DNA of 64,000 bases, taken from an uncultured Acidobacteriota bacterium (GTDB lineage Bacteria > Acidobacteriota > Thermoanaerobaculia > Multivoradales > UBA5704). The stretch spans positions 1,536,001 through 1,600,000 of the forward strand of contig CAVYRF010000002.1 in assembly GCA_963770895.1 (NCBI GenBank). Direction: 5' to 3'. Below are positions 28,801 through 37,473 of the stretch, piece by piece (positions within the stretch are counted from its first letter, which is position 1; each line of letters starts with the position of its first letter). A program made the translations under genes and the position numbers. Below the pieces are notes generated by a model. It was not told the DNA's origin. It made no database searches and saw nothing but the letters and a program-made list of their open reading frames with translations.

Positions 28801-29859
28801 GCCGCCGCACAGCGCCGGCTTCTTGGGGTCGGCCGGCGTGGTCGCTCCCGGATTGGGGTTGGCGCTGGCGCCTCGGCCGCGCACCGCGGCCGCCTCCGCG
28901 GGCGTCACCGCACGCCACCCCGCCGGCAGGGACTCCCCAAGCCGGGCGAGCAGGTAGCCAGAGGACTCCTCTTCCACGGCGGCGCGGCTCAGCCAGCGGT
29001 TGTCGCCGAACGTCATGTCCTTGACCAGGTAGCGGCTTCCCTGCTGCGCGACGAGCGCCGCGAAGTGGCCGGCCTTCCAATGCACCACCGCCGGCACCGG
29101 GATGGGAGAGCCGGCCTGGCGCTGGACCGCGCGCAGATCCAGGCCGGTCGCCTGGGCGAGGTGCGCCATCTCGGCCAGCGACGTGCCCTGGCCCGTCGAG
29201 CGGTAGCGCAGCACCCGCGGATCGGGAGCGGCGCCCGGATGCAGCACCGCGGCGACCCGCTCAATGGCCAACGGGCCGCAGCGGAAGGAGCTGCCCGGAT
29301 CGTGGCGCATCTGCCACAGGCTCGACCGCGCGCCCGAGACGATCTCCGCGGCGTGACCGCGCAGGGAACGGCTCCGCACCGCGTCGAGCAGAGCCGTCAG
29401 CTCCTCCGTGCGGCCCAGGGCGGAGGTGATCTCGACGCGGGTCGCCAGCGCCGTATCGGCAATCCTGGTCGCCTCGGGGTCTGAAGACGTCGCGGTCCGC
29501 CGCCAGGCGTCTTCGGCCGCGGCCAGGGCGCGGTCCAGGTAGCCGGTGTGGCGGTAGAGCACCGCCAGGTTGGCGAGCAAGGACGGCTTCCAGGCCGAAT
29601 CGGGGTGGCGTTGCAGAAAGTCGACGACCGGCTGCACCGCCTCGATGTCCCCGGCGGCGCGATAGGAGCGGATCACCGCTGCCAGCTCGCGGGTCTCCTT
29701 CATGCCAGGCTCTCCCACCGGCCTGAGCGGTTCGGCAAACGTCCGCCCTGGCTCAGGCGGCTCGATCTTGACCGCGCCCACGTATGTCTGGCCATAGCTC
29801 ATCGAGGCGAGCACGACGGTCGCCACTGTGGCCATCAGCAGGGGTTTTTCCAGTCGCAT
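25828..29859 (-). CDS. Rhs component A: signal peptide, TPR-like region, C39-type cysteine peptidase, DUF6531-like domain, YD-repeat shell; no Rhs core or tip
   Basis: RCGPLA (Cys), VVHWKAGHFAAL (His), LVKD (Asp); many YD repeats (YDSLDRL, YDAADRL, TDPAGRT); ends after YDGANQL. Confidence 0.9.
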   Translation of the reverse strand: MRLEKPLLMATVATVVLASMSYGQTYVGAVKIEPPEPGRTFAEPLRPVGEPGMKETRELAAVIRSYRAAGDIEAVQPVVDFLQRHPDSAWKPSLLANLAVLYRHTGYLDRALAAAEDAWRRTATSSDPEATRIADTALATRVEITSALGRTEELTALLDAVRSRSLRGHAAEIVSGARSSLWQMRHDPGSSFRCGPLAIERVAAVLHPGAAPDPRVLRYRSTGQGTSLAEMAHLAQATGLDLRAVQRQAGSPIPVPAVVHWKAGHFAALVAQQGSRYLVKDMTFGDNRWLSRAAVEEESSGYLLARLGESLPAGWRAVTPAEAAAVRGRGASANPNPGATTPADPKKPALCGGNGVGMPVYNFHTAVVSLNITDSPVGYQPPRGPAMRFGITYNSREDFQPATFTYTNLGSRWNFDWLSYVEDDDPNGNGNTIRVAERGGGSYILSQVSAVYWWAYGPNVSGAHDTVMRLFQTGANSTVGFVRQYPDGSQDTYELSDNAATMRKYYLTAVTDAVGNTVTLNYDAATTRLLSITDALGQTTTLTYGLAGDMYKVTAVTDPFGRQALFQYSGGELQSVTDAAGMTSSFAYGPTVPPPAPPYCLNSGYDTVYAVPADFMNAMTTPYGTTTFAMGEAPPCVETDLGNIRWLLATDPLGHQERIEFTHQAQNVPETTTEPIPAGFGNENLAYRNTYYWNPTAMEQYNAADPNRYLNATFTTHWLRDFSEGGTAASSIPGFVQPQGERRIWMNYPNMPGDSDQGSLSAPTVTATVLDTGQTQTSTSSYDSSGRPLTYADPAGRSYNYLYAANGIDLIKVLAAQLDGGGTGITWAGEQLAALTYNSVHEPLTYVDYAGQRSTFTYNGLGEMTSAQRPDGVTTNYTYDSRGFLIQKAIAGTTYQETYTYDSANRLLTWTSTDGYTLTFRYDSLDRLTQITYPDGTVDQVVFNKLDVVAYQDRMGRVTTYAYDAADRLATVTDPAGRTTTYSWCGCGTLSQVADPRGYLTTWMLDGLNRVVGKQVNGATVALFAYDDAGRLIRRTDGLGQVTNYSYTVDNRLAAITYQNSVHATPGVQYFYDQYYPRLTMMTDAFGSTLYGYNPAGSVGAGQIASITAPAPNHTITFQYDVNGRRVGQTVDGVAQTRAYDSEDRLTTLASPLGTFTATYVGSSNRMATLSYPNGQGAAYSYLGPTQDFRLSQVVWGSTANGPNLSQFSYSYDPAHQQIVGLSWFDVDNPAGRFFNFTYDGAQQLIARQQTTDPAQSPVTTLHTYAAGYDPSGNRTSETIDTALSTATYDGANQLLTLDSGLSLQAQAAMQQLRARRPAAPPRSPAGAAQAASDSVREGSHEN

Positions 29860-30423
29860 ACAGTTCTTCCCTCTGGGCAGTTTTGGCCCTTCCCATCTAC
29901 ATTTGTTTTGATGCTGTCCTGCTCCAACACTTTAATAGTTTCCGCTGGGGCAGGGTTGCGGGACATCGGGCCAAGAGGCCATGCCTTCACAAACCTCCTG
30001 AGCACGCCTCCCCAGCGAGCTGCCGCTGCCCGAAGGGCGTCGTCGCATCCATCCCCCCGGTAGACGACCGGGCAGCAGGGGCGCCGGCGTACTCCCTCCA
30101 GCCACGGCAGCGGAGGAGCCCCGAGCCTCTCTGAGCCAGGTCATTCATGAAGCTGTGAATGCATGACTTCACGACTTCTGGGTGCCGCTGGCTAGCGGCG
30201 GCGGGCACCTCTGCCATTGACCGAAATTCGAGGGCGGGGAGCCGGTCGATCGAAAGCGCGGCGCGGGCTTGCGCAGATGCCCGCTATCACTCCCAGCGGC
30301 CATCACCGTGGCGGGCCATCTTGCCTGTATCGCCGAACCGCGTCAGTCCGCCGCGGTCGAGCCCGCGCGCCGGTGCCTGCATCGCCCTGAGGGGTCGAGG
30401 CCGCACGACGATATGCTGCCTTC

Positions 30424-31557
30424 ATGATGAGGAGGAATCGCCTGAGAATCCTGGCCGGCGCGCTGGGCACGTCGCTCGGTCTTGCCGGCCTGAACGGCGC
30501 CGGCGGCCCAGGTGGCCTTGGTGCTGTCGGCCGGATGGGCGGCGTGGGTGACATAGGCGACGTCGGCGGCCTGGCCGACCTGCCGGGCCTGGCCGCCGTG
30601 GGCAGCGCCCTGGGCGAGATCGGCGCCGCCGGGGCGGCGGCGCTCCTGGCCGCGGGATGCTCGCGACGCGGCGATTCCGGCCCGGCATCGCCGGCCACCG
30701 ACGCCGAATGGGCCTGGCTGGAGGCTGCCAAACGCCAGCTCGACGCCAAGCGCGCCCAGCTGGCAAACGCCGATGGAGCCGCGGTCCCCCTGCCCGGATT
30801 CGGTCCGGCCGGCGTCGCGCGCGGCACGCCCGCCGCCGGCGCGCCAGCCGCCCCCACCCGCGACGCCCTCGAACACGAGGTCGACACCCTGGCGGCGGAG
30901 CTCGGGCGCCGGCTGGTCGATACCATCAATGCCAACCCGCCGGTCGAAGACACGCCGCTGACCGCCCACCAGCTGGCCGCCGTCCGCATGAAGAGCGACG
31001 AAGAGATCGTCGTGGCGCAGGAATTCATCAGCCGCGCCGGCGACTATCGGCGCGCCTGCGAGATCCTCACCGCCGCGCTCGCCATCGATCCACTCAACCC
31101 CCGCCTGCGCGACCAGCTGGCCAGCGCCCAGGCCGCCCGCTACGTCACGCGCGAGCGCTTTGCCCGCGTCGCCCCCGCCATGACCCCCGAGCAGATCCGC
31201 GACGCGCTGGGGCCGCCCAACGCTCACGACGTCCGCACCTATCCCCAGCGCGCCAGCCAGACCGGCGGCATCGTCGCCTGGTTCTATCCCCGCGACCCGA
31301 ACGGCGCCGCCGCCGCCGTCTGGTTCCAAACCAGCGAGGGTCGCTGGCTCGCCTACCGCTGCGACTGGGACGCCCTGCCGGCAGCCACCGCCAGCGGCAC
31401 CGGTACCGGCTCGGCTCTGCCTGTCACCGGCGCCACCCCGCCGCACCCCGCCCCCGGCGCCGGCTCTCCATCCCCGCCCATGCCCACCCGCCAGCCCGCT
31501 CCGGTGGCAGCAGGCGGCGACCCTGCTGGGCCGCCGCCTATCCCCAACCGTGGGTGA
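30424..31557 (+). CDS. Putative lipoprotein with C-terminal SmpA/OmlA (BamE-like) domain
   Basis: LAAGC lipobox-like motif; TPR-like helix; V.PAMTPEQIRDALGPP...AWFY. Confidence 0.65.
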   Translation: MMRRNRLRILAGALGTSLGLAGLNGAGGPGGLGAVGRMGGVGDIGDVGGLADLPGLAAVGSALGEIGAAGAAALLAAGCSRRGDSGPASPATDAEWAWLEAAKRQLDAKRAQLANADGAAVPLPGFGPAGVARGTPAAGAPAAPTRDALEHEVDTLAAELGRRLVDTINANPPVEDTPLTAHQLAAVRMKSDEEIVVAQEFISRAGDYRRACEILTAALAIDPLNPRLRDQLASAQAARYVTRERFARVAPAMTPEQIRDALGPPNAHDVRTYPQRASQTGGIVAWFYPRDPNGAAAAVWFQTSEGRWLAYRCDWDALPAATASGTGTGSALPVTGATPPHPAPGAGSPSPPMPTRQPAPVAAGGDPAGPPPIPNRG

Positions 31558-31570
31558 CCCGCCCACCCAC
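31550..31570. terminator. Hairpin between convergent genes
   Basis: GTGGGTG-N7-CACCCAC followed by CTTT. Confidence 0.4.
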
Positions 31571-31608
31571 CCTTTACGCTTGCACTAGGGTCGTTGCACC
31601 GGTTGCGG

Positions 31609-31752
31609 TCAGCAGTAGCAGGTTTGCGGCCTGCACGTGATGCACACCGTGCAGATGGTCGCCTTGGCGGACGTGGTGACGCCGCCCACGACACCGGTCA
31701 GCCCCTGCACTGTTTCGCGGTTCAGCTTGAGGTGCTTCGTTGACTTTTTCAT
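31609..31752 (-). CDS. Putative RiPP (class I lanthipeptide-like) precursor, 47 aa
   Basis: MKKSTKHLKLNRETVQGLTGVVGG|VTTSAKATICTVCITCRPQTCYC; GAGGAG RBS. Confidence 0.75.
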   Translation of the reverse strand: MKKSTKHLKLNRETVQGLTGVVGGVTTSAKATICTVCITCRPQTCYC

Positions 31753-31968
31753 CGCAATTTCTCCTCGCAAAGGGCGCCGCGGAGTGTCGCGGCGCACTCT
31801 GGCAAGGTGCGGCCAGCGGCCAAAAGCAGCCACCGCCGCCGGATGCCTTGTCGCTCAAAGGCCTTCCCGGTGCTTGACTTTGCGCGCGGGGTGAGCGAGG
31901 ATGCCTGGCCTGGTGTCGGCGATATCGGCACCTGCGCAAATCCGCAATAGAAGAGAGGTGAGTTCGAG

Positions 31969-32178
31969 ATGCCCGTTGTGCACGTGCGCGAGGAAGAGAG
32001 CTTTGAAAACGCGCTGCGCCGCTTCAAGCGCAAGGTCGAGAAGTCAGGGATTCTGACCGAGCTGCGGAAGCGCCAGCACTTCGAGAAGCCCTCGGTCAAG
32101 CGCAAGCGCAAGGCTGTTCAAGCGCGCAAGAAGATCCTGCGCAAGCTGGCCGAAGAGCGCCGTCAAGGTCTGGCGTAA
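31969..32178 (+). CDS. rpsU: 30S ribosomal protein S21
   Basis: [36 protein letters not shown]. Confidence 0.97.
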   Translation: MPVVHVREEESFENALRRFKRKVEKSGILTELRKRQHFEKPSVKRKRKAVQARKKILRKLAEERRQGLA

Positions 32179-32274
32179 GCCACCCGGCGTTCCCCTTCCG
32201 CCCCAAACCCAACTTCCCGTAGCTGCCTCTCCGGCCGGACAGGGGACCACCAGGTCCCCTGTTTTGCCCTGCCC

Positions 32275-35200
32275 TCAGTCGTCGCTGCGGTCGGCTTCGC
32301 GGGCGGCGGTCAGGATGCCGCCCAGGTTCCAGGGCAGCGCGGCCAGAGTGGCCGGGTCGAGGTTGGGCGGCGGCACGGCGCCGGCGGCGTCTTGCTTGTG
32401 GTCCCACTGCTGGCGGTCGAGCAGGACGATCGGTTGCTGCCGCGCCTGGACCAGAGAGCGGTTGACCTGTGCCACGGAGCGGTCGCCGAGGGTGCGCAGG
32501 CGTTGCGCAATGGCGTCCAGACGGCCGGCCAGCACGGCCATCTGGGCGATCTGCGAGCGGGTGGGCCTGCCCTCGTAGCCGTTGACGGCGCCGTAGAGGC
32601 TGCCGAGCTTTTCGCGCAGCTGCTCTTCGCCGGACATCCAGCCGCCCTCGCGGGTTGCGACCAGCGCCTTGTGCAGAGCTTCGAGCTGGTCGGCGAGCTG
32701 TTCCAGCTGGTGCCGCGCGGGTCCGCGCGCGGGCATGGCGGCGGCGCGGGCGCGGGCCTGCGCCAGGGCGTCCACCACCGCGTCGGTGGTGTAGGTCAGG
32801 TCGGACAGCATGGCGTAGAGCCTGGTCACCGTGGCGTACTGCTGGGCGCGATCGTCGTCGGTGGCTTTGGACCGCGGGTCCGCCACCAGGGAGATCTGCC
32901 CGGTGTAGGTCTTGTCGCCGTCGATCAACTTCACGGTGTAGCGTCCTGGCGGCACGCGCGGGCCCATGAAGCTGAAGGGCTGTTCGACCAGGGCGGTGGC
33001 GCCGGGCAGCTTGGGCGGCGCCAGGCGCATCGGCCAGGCGACGCGGTTGATGCCGCGTCGCTGGCCGCCCGGCAAGCTCGACAGGAGCTTGCCGTCGGCG
33101 TCGTAGACCTCGACCTTCAGGGTGCCGAAGATGTGCCGCTTCTTGAGGTAGTAGCAGATGGAGGCGGCCTCTTGCGGGTTGGTGCCGACAAACTCGTCGT
33201 CGCCCGGAAAGTCCTGCTCCGAAACCGGCAGCATCATCGGCGACGCCTTGGACGGCAGCAGCGCGACGTCCGCCGCGAGCACCTGGCGGGTCAGGTGGCG
33301 CAGCGGAGTGAGGTCGTCCAGGATGTAGATGCCCCGTCCGTGGGTGGCGATGATCAGGTCGGCGTCGCGCGGGTGGATCGCCAGATCGAAGACCGACACG
33401 GCCGGCAGGTTGCCGTGGAAGCGCGCCCAATGACCGCCGCCGTCGAGCGAGATGAACAGGCCCATCTCGGTGCCCAGGAACAGCAGATCGGGGTTTTCGA
33501 GGTCTTGCCGCACGACGTGGGCGTAGCCGGTGGCGCCGGGACCGGCCAGCGATTGCCAGGTCTTGCCGAAGTCGCTCGTCTTGTAGACGTACGTCTTCAT
33601 GTCGCCGTTGTGATGGTTGTCGAACACCGCAAAGGCGGTCGCCGCGTCGTAACGGCCGGGCTCGATCCTGGCCACCCAGGTACCGGCGGGCAGACCGGGG
33701 ATCGCCCGCACGGTATTGGTCCAGGTGGCACCGCCGTCGCGCGTCACCTGCACGTTGCCGTCGTCGGTGCCGGCCCAGAGGACGGCGGGATCGCGCGGCG
33801 ATTCGGCGACGGTGACGATGGTGGTGTAGTTTTCGGCGCTGGAGTTATCGACCGTCAGGCCGCCGGAATCTTCCTGCTGCTGCTTGGCTTTGTCGTTGGT
33901 TGTAAGGTCGGGCGAAATCCGCTGCCACGATTCGCCGCGGTCGCGCGAGCGGAACAGGAACTGTGCGCCGATGTAGACGGTCCCCGGTTGCGCGCCGGCG
34001 GCGATCGGCGTATTCCAGTTGAAGCGCAGATCGGGATCGCCGGCGCCCGCCAGCGGCTGGATATCCTTGCTTTCGCCGGTCCTGAGCGAATAGCGAGAGA
34101 TGTGTCCGCCCTGGTATTCGACGTACACCACGTCGCGGTCGGCGGGGTCGCTGACGACGTAGAAACCGTCGCCGCCGCCGATGTTGCGCCACTGTTTGTT
34201 GAGCACGCCGGCGGTGCCGCGCGAGGGGCCGCTCCAGGTGCCGTTGTCCTGCAGGCCGCCGTAGACGTTGAACGGCTCCGCCATGTCGTAGCTCACTTCG
34301 TAGAACTGCGACACCGGCAGGGCCTTGACGAAACGCCAGCTGTGCGCGCGATCGGTGGACATGTAAAGCCCGCCGTCGGTGCCCAGCAGCACCTGGTGCG
34401 GGTCTTTGGGATTGATCCATACGGCATGGTGGTCGCCGTGCGGGCCGGCATCAAAACCGTTGCCGCTGAAGGGCGAGCTGAACGTCTTGCCGCCGTCGGT
34501 GCTGAGCGTCAGGAACAGGCCGGGCTTGTAGACGACGTTGAAGTCGGTGGGATCGACCACCACCCGCGCAAAATAGAATGGGCGCACCTGTACGTTGAAG
34601 GACGAGTTGACCTGGGTCCACGAGGCGCCGGCGTCATCGGAACGATAGAGCGCCGTGTCGCGGCTTTCGATCAGGGCATAGACGACGCTCGGCCGCGACG
34701 GCGCCGCGGCCACCGCGATGCGGCCCTTGGTTCCGGCCGGCAGGCCCTGGACCAGCGGCTTCCAGGTATCGCCGCCGTCCGTGCTCTTGAACAGGCCGCT
34801 GCCCGCACCACCGGAGCGGAAGGCCCAGGGGAAGCGGCGGAACTGCCACATGCCGGCATACAGGATCCGCGGTTCCTGCGGATCGATCGCCAGGTCCGAA
34901 CAGCCGGTGGCCGCGTTCACGTACAGCACCCGCTGCCAGCTCTTGCCACCGTCGCGCGTGCGGTAGACGCCGCGCTCCTCGCTGTCGTCCCACAGGTGGC
35001 CCGTGACGCAGACGTACACGGTGTCGCCGTCGGCCGGGCTGACCTGGATACGGGCGATGCGCTCGGACCGTTCCAGGCCCAGGTGCTCCCAACTGTCGCC
35101 GCCGTCGGTCGTACGGTACACCCCGTCGCCGACCGAAACGCTGTTGCGGGTCCACGACTCGCCGGTGCCGACCCAGACGGTCCTGGGTTTGCGCGGGTCG

Positions 35201-35577
35201 ACGGCGATGGCGCCGATCGACTGCGCGTGCTCGTCAAAGACCGGCTGGAAGGTCGTGCCGCCGTCGCGCGATCGCCACACGCCGCCGCCGGCCGCGCCGA
35301 CGTACAGGGTCAGAGGCTCGTCCGCCACCGCATCGATGGCGGAAATGCGCCCCCCGGTCGCCGCCGGACCGATGGGCCTGGCGGCCAGGCCGCCGAAGGA
35401 GTTGGAATCCAGAACCACGCTCTCCGCGGCCGGCGGCGCAGAGACGGCGGGCGCCGCGGCCGGAGCCGCCGACGATGGCTGAGGGGCGGCCGCGGCCGCA
35501 GGGCTTACAGCGACGATCGCGGCAAGGGACCCGCCGGTCAGGACGGCAGCAAGCAAGACGCGGGGTGCGTGGCGCAT
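32275..35577 (-). CDS. Secreted BNR/Asp-box (VPS10/sortilin-like) beta-propeller protein
   Basis: Signal peptide; RPIGPA..GGRI; many S.DGG.TW Asp-boxes; YGGLQDNGTW, RFNWNTPI, ATHGRG. Confidence 0.88.
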   Translation of the reverse strand: MRHAPRVLLAAVLTGGSLAAIVAVSPAAAAAPQPSSAAPAAAPAVSAPPAAESVVLDSNSFGGLAARPIGPAATGGRISAIDAVADEPLTLYVGAAGGGVWRSRDGGTTFQPVFDEHAQSIGAIAVDPRKPRTVWVGTGESWTRNSVSVGDGVYRTTDGGDSWEHLGLERSERIARIQVSPADGDTVYVCVTGHLWDDSEERGVYRTRDGGKSWQRVLYVNAATGCSDLAIDPQEPRILYAGMWQFRRFPWAFRSGGAGSGLFKSTDGGDTWKPLVQGLPAGTKGRIAVAAAPSRPSVVYALIESRDTALYRSDDAGASWTQVNSSFNVQVRPFYFARVVVDPTDFNVVYKPGLFLTLSTDGGKTFSSPFSGNGFDAGPHGDHHAVWINPKDPHQVLLGTDGGLYMSTDRAHSWRFVKALPVSQFYEVSYDMAEPFNVYGGLQDNGTWSGPSRGTAGVLNKQWRNIGGGDGFYVVSDPADRDVVYVEYQGGHISRYSLRTGESKDIQPLAGAGDPDLRFNWNTPIAAGAQPGTVYIGAQFLFRSRDRGESWQRISPDLTTNDKAKQQQEDSGGLTVDNSSAENYTTIVTVAESPRDPAVLWAGTDDGNVQVTRDGGATWTNTVRAIPGLPAGTWVARIEPGRYDAATAFAVFDNHHNGDMKTYVYKTSDFGKTWQSLAGPGATGYAHVVRQDLENPDLLFLGTEMGLFISLDGGGHWARFHGNLPAVSVFDLAIHPRDADLIIATHGRGIYILDDLTPLRHLTRQVLAADVALLPSKASPMMLPVSEQDFPGDDEFVGTNPQEAASICYYLKKRHIFGTLKVEVYDADGKLLSSLPGGQRRGINRVAWPMRLAPPKLPGATALVEQPFSFMGPRVPPGRYTVKLIDGDKTYTGQISLVADPRSKATDDDRAQQYATVTRLYAMLSDLTYTTDAVVDALAQARARAAAMPARGPARHQLEQLADQLEALHKALVATREGGWMSGEEQLREKLGSLYGAVNGYEGRPTRSQIAQMAVLAGRLDAIAQRLRTLGDRSVAQVNRSLVQARQQPIVLLDRQQWDHKQDAAGAVPPPNLDPATLAALPWNLGGILTAAREADRSDD

Positions 35578-35590
35578 CGCGGGCAGCTCC

Positions 35591-36418
35591 TCAGCGGTGA
35601 GGTGGAGTGGATGGCGGCGGCGCAGCTGCGGGAGGCGCGGCGGCCGGCGGCGTAGCGGCTGCCGGCGGCGTGGCCGGCTTCTTGTCCACCTTCGGCATGT
35701 CGAAGCGGCTGGCGGTGATGTCGGGCGGGTTGACGTCCACCTTGTCGAGCGTGATCACCTGCGAGCTGGGCTTGCCCTTGGCCTTGATCTCCAGCGAAAA
35801 CGCCAGGGTGAGGCCGCTGACCTGCTTGTAGTTGCCGTAGACGGTTTCGAGGTCCACGGGCTGACCGCGGACGGTGCGCGAGGTCTCTTCCTTCAGCTCC
35901 AGGTAGCTGTCGCCGTCCAGGTAGATGGTGGTCACGTCGCCATCCTTTTCGGTCAGCTTCAGCTTTTGCACCGGCGTGCCTTCGAGGTCCGCCTTGCCGA
36001 GATACTCGACCTTGTTGCCCTTGTCCTTGTAGTCGAACAGCGGCCCGCCAAAATCGGCGTTCTCCTTGATGTCCTTCACGTCATCGGCAGCCATCACCTC
36101 GGGCTCGGTCTTGCCCATGAACGGCATCACCTGCCAACCGTTGACGCCATCGTACGCCTGGGTGCCGGTCATGCCCTGGACGGTGAAATCGATCCGCACC
36201 TTGTGATCGGGGGGCGCCATCTCCATCACCACCGGCGCTTCCATGCCGGGGCCGAGGTTCATCTTGCCGGTCATGCGGATGGTCTTGACGGCGCTCAGCG
36301 CCGCCCGCCCACCGCGAGCCTGGATGTTTTTGTCGACCAGCTGGTCCGCGGTCTGGGCGGCGGCGGCCACCGCTGCCAGACTGGCGATCAGCGCAACTGC
36401 GCAGGTCTTACGCTGCAT
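35591..36418 (-). CDS. Secreted LolA-fold / outer-membrane lipoprotein-sorting-like protein
   Basis: GGAGGAGG RBS; signal peptide; QTADQLVDKNIQARGG, QAYDG..GW, YKQVSGL motifs. Confidence 0.7.
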   Translation of the reverse strand: MQRKTCAVALIASLAAVAAAAQTADQLVDKNIQARGGRAALSAVKTIRMTGKMNLGPGMEAPVVMEMAPPDHKVRIDFTVQGMTGTQAYDGVNGWQVMPFMGKTEPEVMAADDVKDIKENADFGGPLFDYKDKGNKVEYLGKADLEGTPVQKLKLTEKDGDVTTIYLDGDSYLELKEETSRTVRGQPVDLETVYGNYKQVSGLTLAFSLEIKAKGKPSSQVITLDKVDVNPPDITASRFDMPKVDKKPATPPAAATPPAAAPPAAAPPPSTPPHR

Positions 36419-36531
36419 ACAATCCTCCTCCTGGTGAGACCCATACGCCAGCCACAGCGCAAAGGTTGCGGAACAGGATACGATGTCGGGGACTATCGCG
36501 CCATGCCTGGCGCCGCAAGGAGGTTTAGCGC

Positions 36532-37473
36532 GTGACAGCCAGCCTTGAGCTGCGCGGCCTGCAAAAACGCTACGGCGATTTTGTCGCCGTGGCCGACATC
36601 TCGCTCGCGGTGCCGGCCGGGGTGATCTACGGCCTGCTGGGGCCGAACGGCGCCGGCAAGACGACAACCCTGCGGATGATCATGGATATCCTGGCGCCGG
36701 ACTCGGGCGAGATCCTGATGTTCGGCCAGCGGCGCCGCGCCCAGGACCTGCTGCGGGTCGGCTATCTACCGGAAGAGCGCGGCCTGTATCGCAAGATGAC
36801 GGTCATCGACCAGCTCCTCTTCCTGGCCGAGATTCACGGCCTCAAGCGGCGCCGGGCGCGGCCGGTCATCCAGGAGTGGCTCGCCCGCGTCGAGCTGACG
36901 GACTGGGAGCACAAGAAGATCGAGGAGCTGTCCAAGGGGATGCAGCAGAAGATTCAGCTCATCGGCACCGTGCTCCACGAACCCGACATCCTGGTACTGG
37001 ACGAACCTTTTTCGGGCCTCGACCCGATCAACCAGGTGTTGTTCAAAGAGCTCCTGGTGGACTATCGCCGCCAGGGCAAAACCATTCTGTTTTCGACCCA
37101 CGGCATGGAGCAAGCCGAAAAGATGTGCGATCACATCGGTCTCATCTCCCACGGCCGCGTGCTCCTGGCCGGCGAGCTGCGCGAGATCCGGCGCGGCATG
37201 GGCGGCAACTCCTTCCGCCTGGTGGCCAGCGGCGACCTGTCGAGAATCAAGCAGCTGCCCGCCGTGGCGCAGGTGGTCGAGCGCACCGACGGCGCCCGCG
37301 GCGACGACGGCAGCCCGGGCGCCGCCGGCACGGTCAAGCTGATGCTGCACCCCGGCGCCTCCGGCCCCGAGCTGCTGCGCCAGCTGGTGGAATTCCTGGA
37401 GGTGCGGGAGTTTCGCAGCGAGGAACCCGACCTCGAAGAGATCTTCATCAAGGCGGTGCACGATGCGGGCTAG
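36532..37473 (+). CDS. ABC-2 transporter ATP-binding protein (NatA/YhaQ-like)
   Basis: GPNGAGKTT, GYLPEERGLY, LSKGMQQK, LDEPFSGLDP, C-terminal PDLEEIF. Confidence 0.9.
   Translation: MTASLELRGLQKRYGDFVAVADISLAVPAGVIYGLLGPNGAGKTTTLRMIMDILAPDSGEILMFGQRRRAQDLLRVGYLPEERGLYRKMTVIDQLLFLAEIHGLKRRRARPVIQEWLARVELTDWEHKKIEELSKGMQQKIQLIGTVLHEPDILVLDEPFSGLDPINQVLFKELLVDYRRQGKTILFSTHGMEQAEKMCDHIGLISHGRVLLAGELREIRRGMGGNSFRLVASGDLSRIKQLPAVAQVVERTDGARGDDGSPGAAGTVKLMLHPGASGPELLRQLVEFLEVREFRSEEPDLEEIFIKAVHDAG

Noticed and set aside
29860-30420. Riboswitch or ncRNA upstream of the Rhs operon
   Set aside because: Only short hairpins and an AT-rich promoter-like patch are visible; I could not match any known RNA motif by eye.
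28860-31752. Idea that the Rhs-fused C39 peptidase removes the double-Gly leader of the nearby precursor peptide
   Set aside because: The peptidase is in a signal-peptide Rhs protein rather than an ABC transporter, the genes are separated by an oppositely oriented gene, and a second precursor lies far away. Proximity is probably coincidental.
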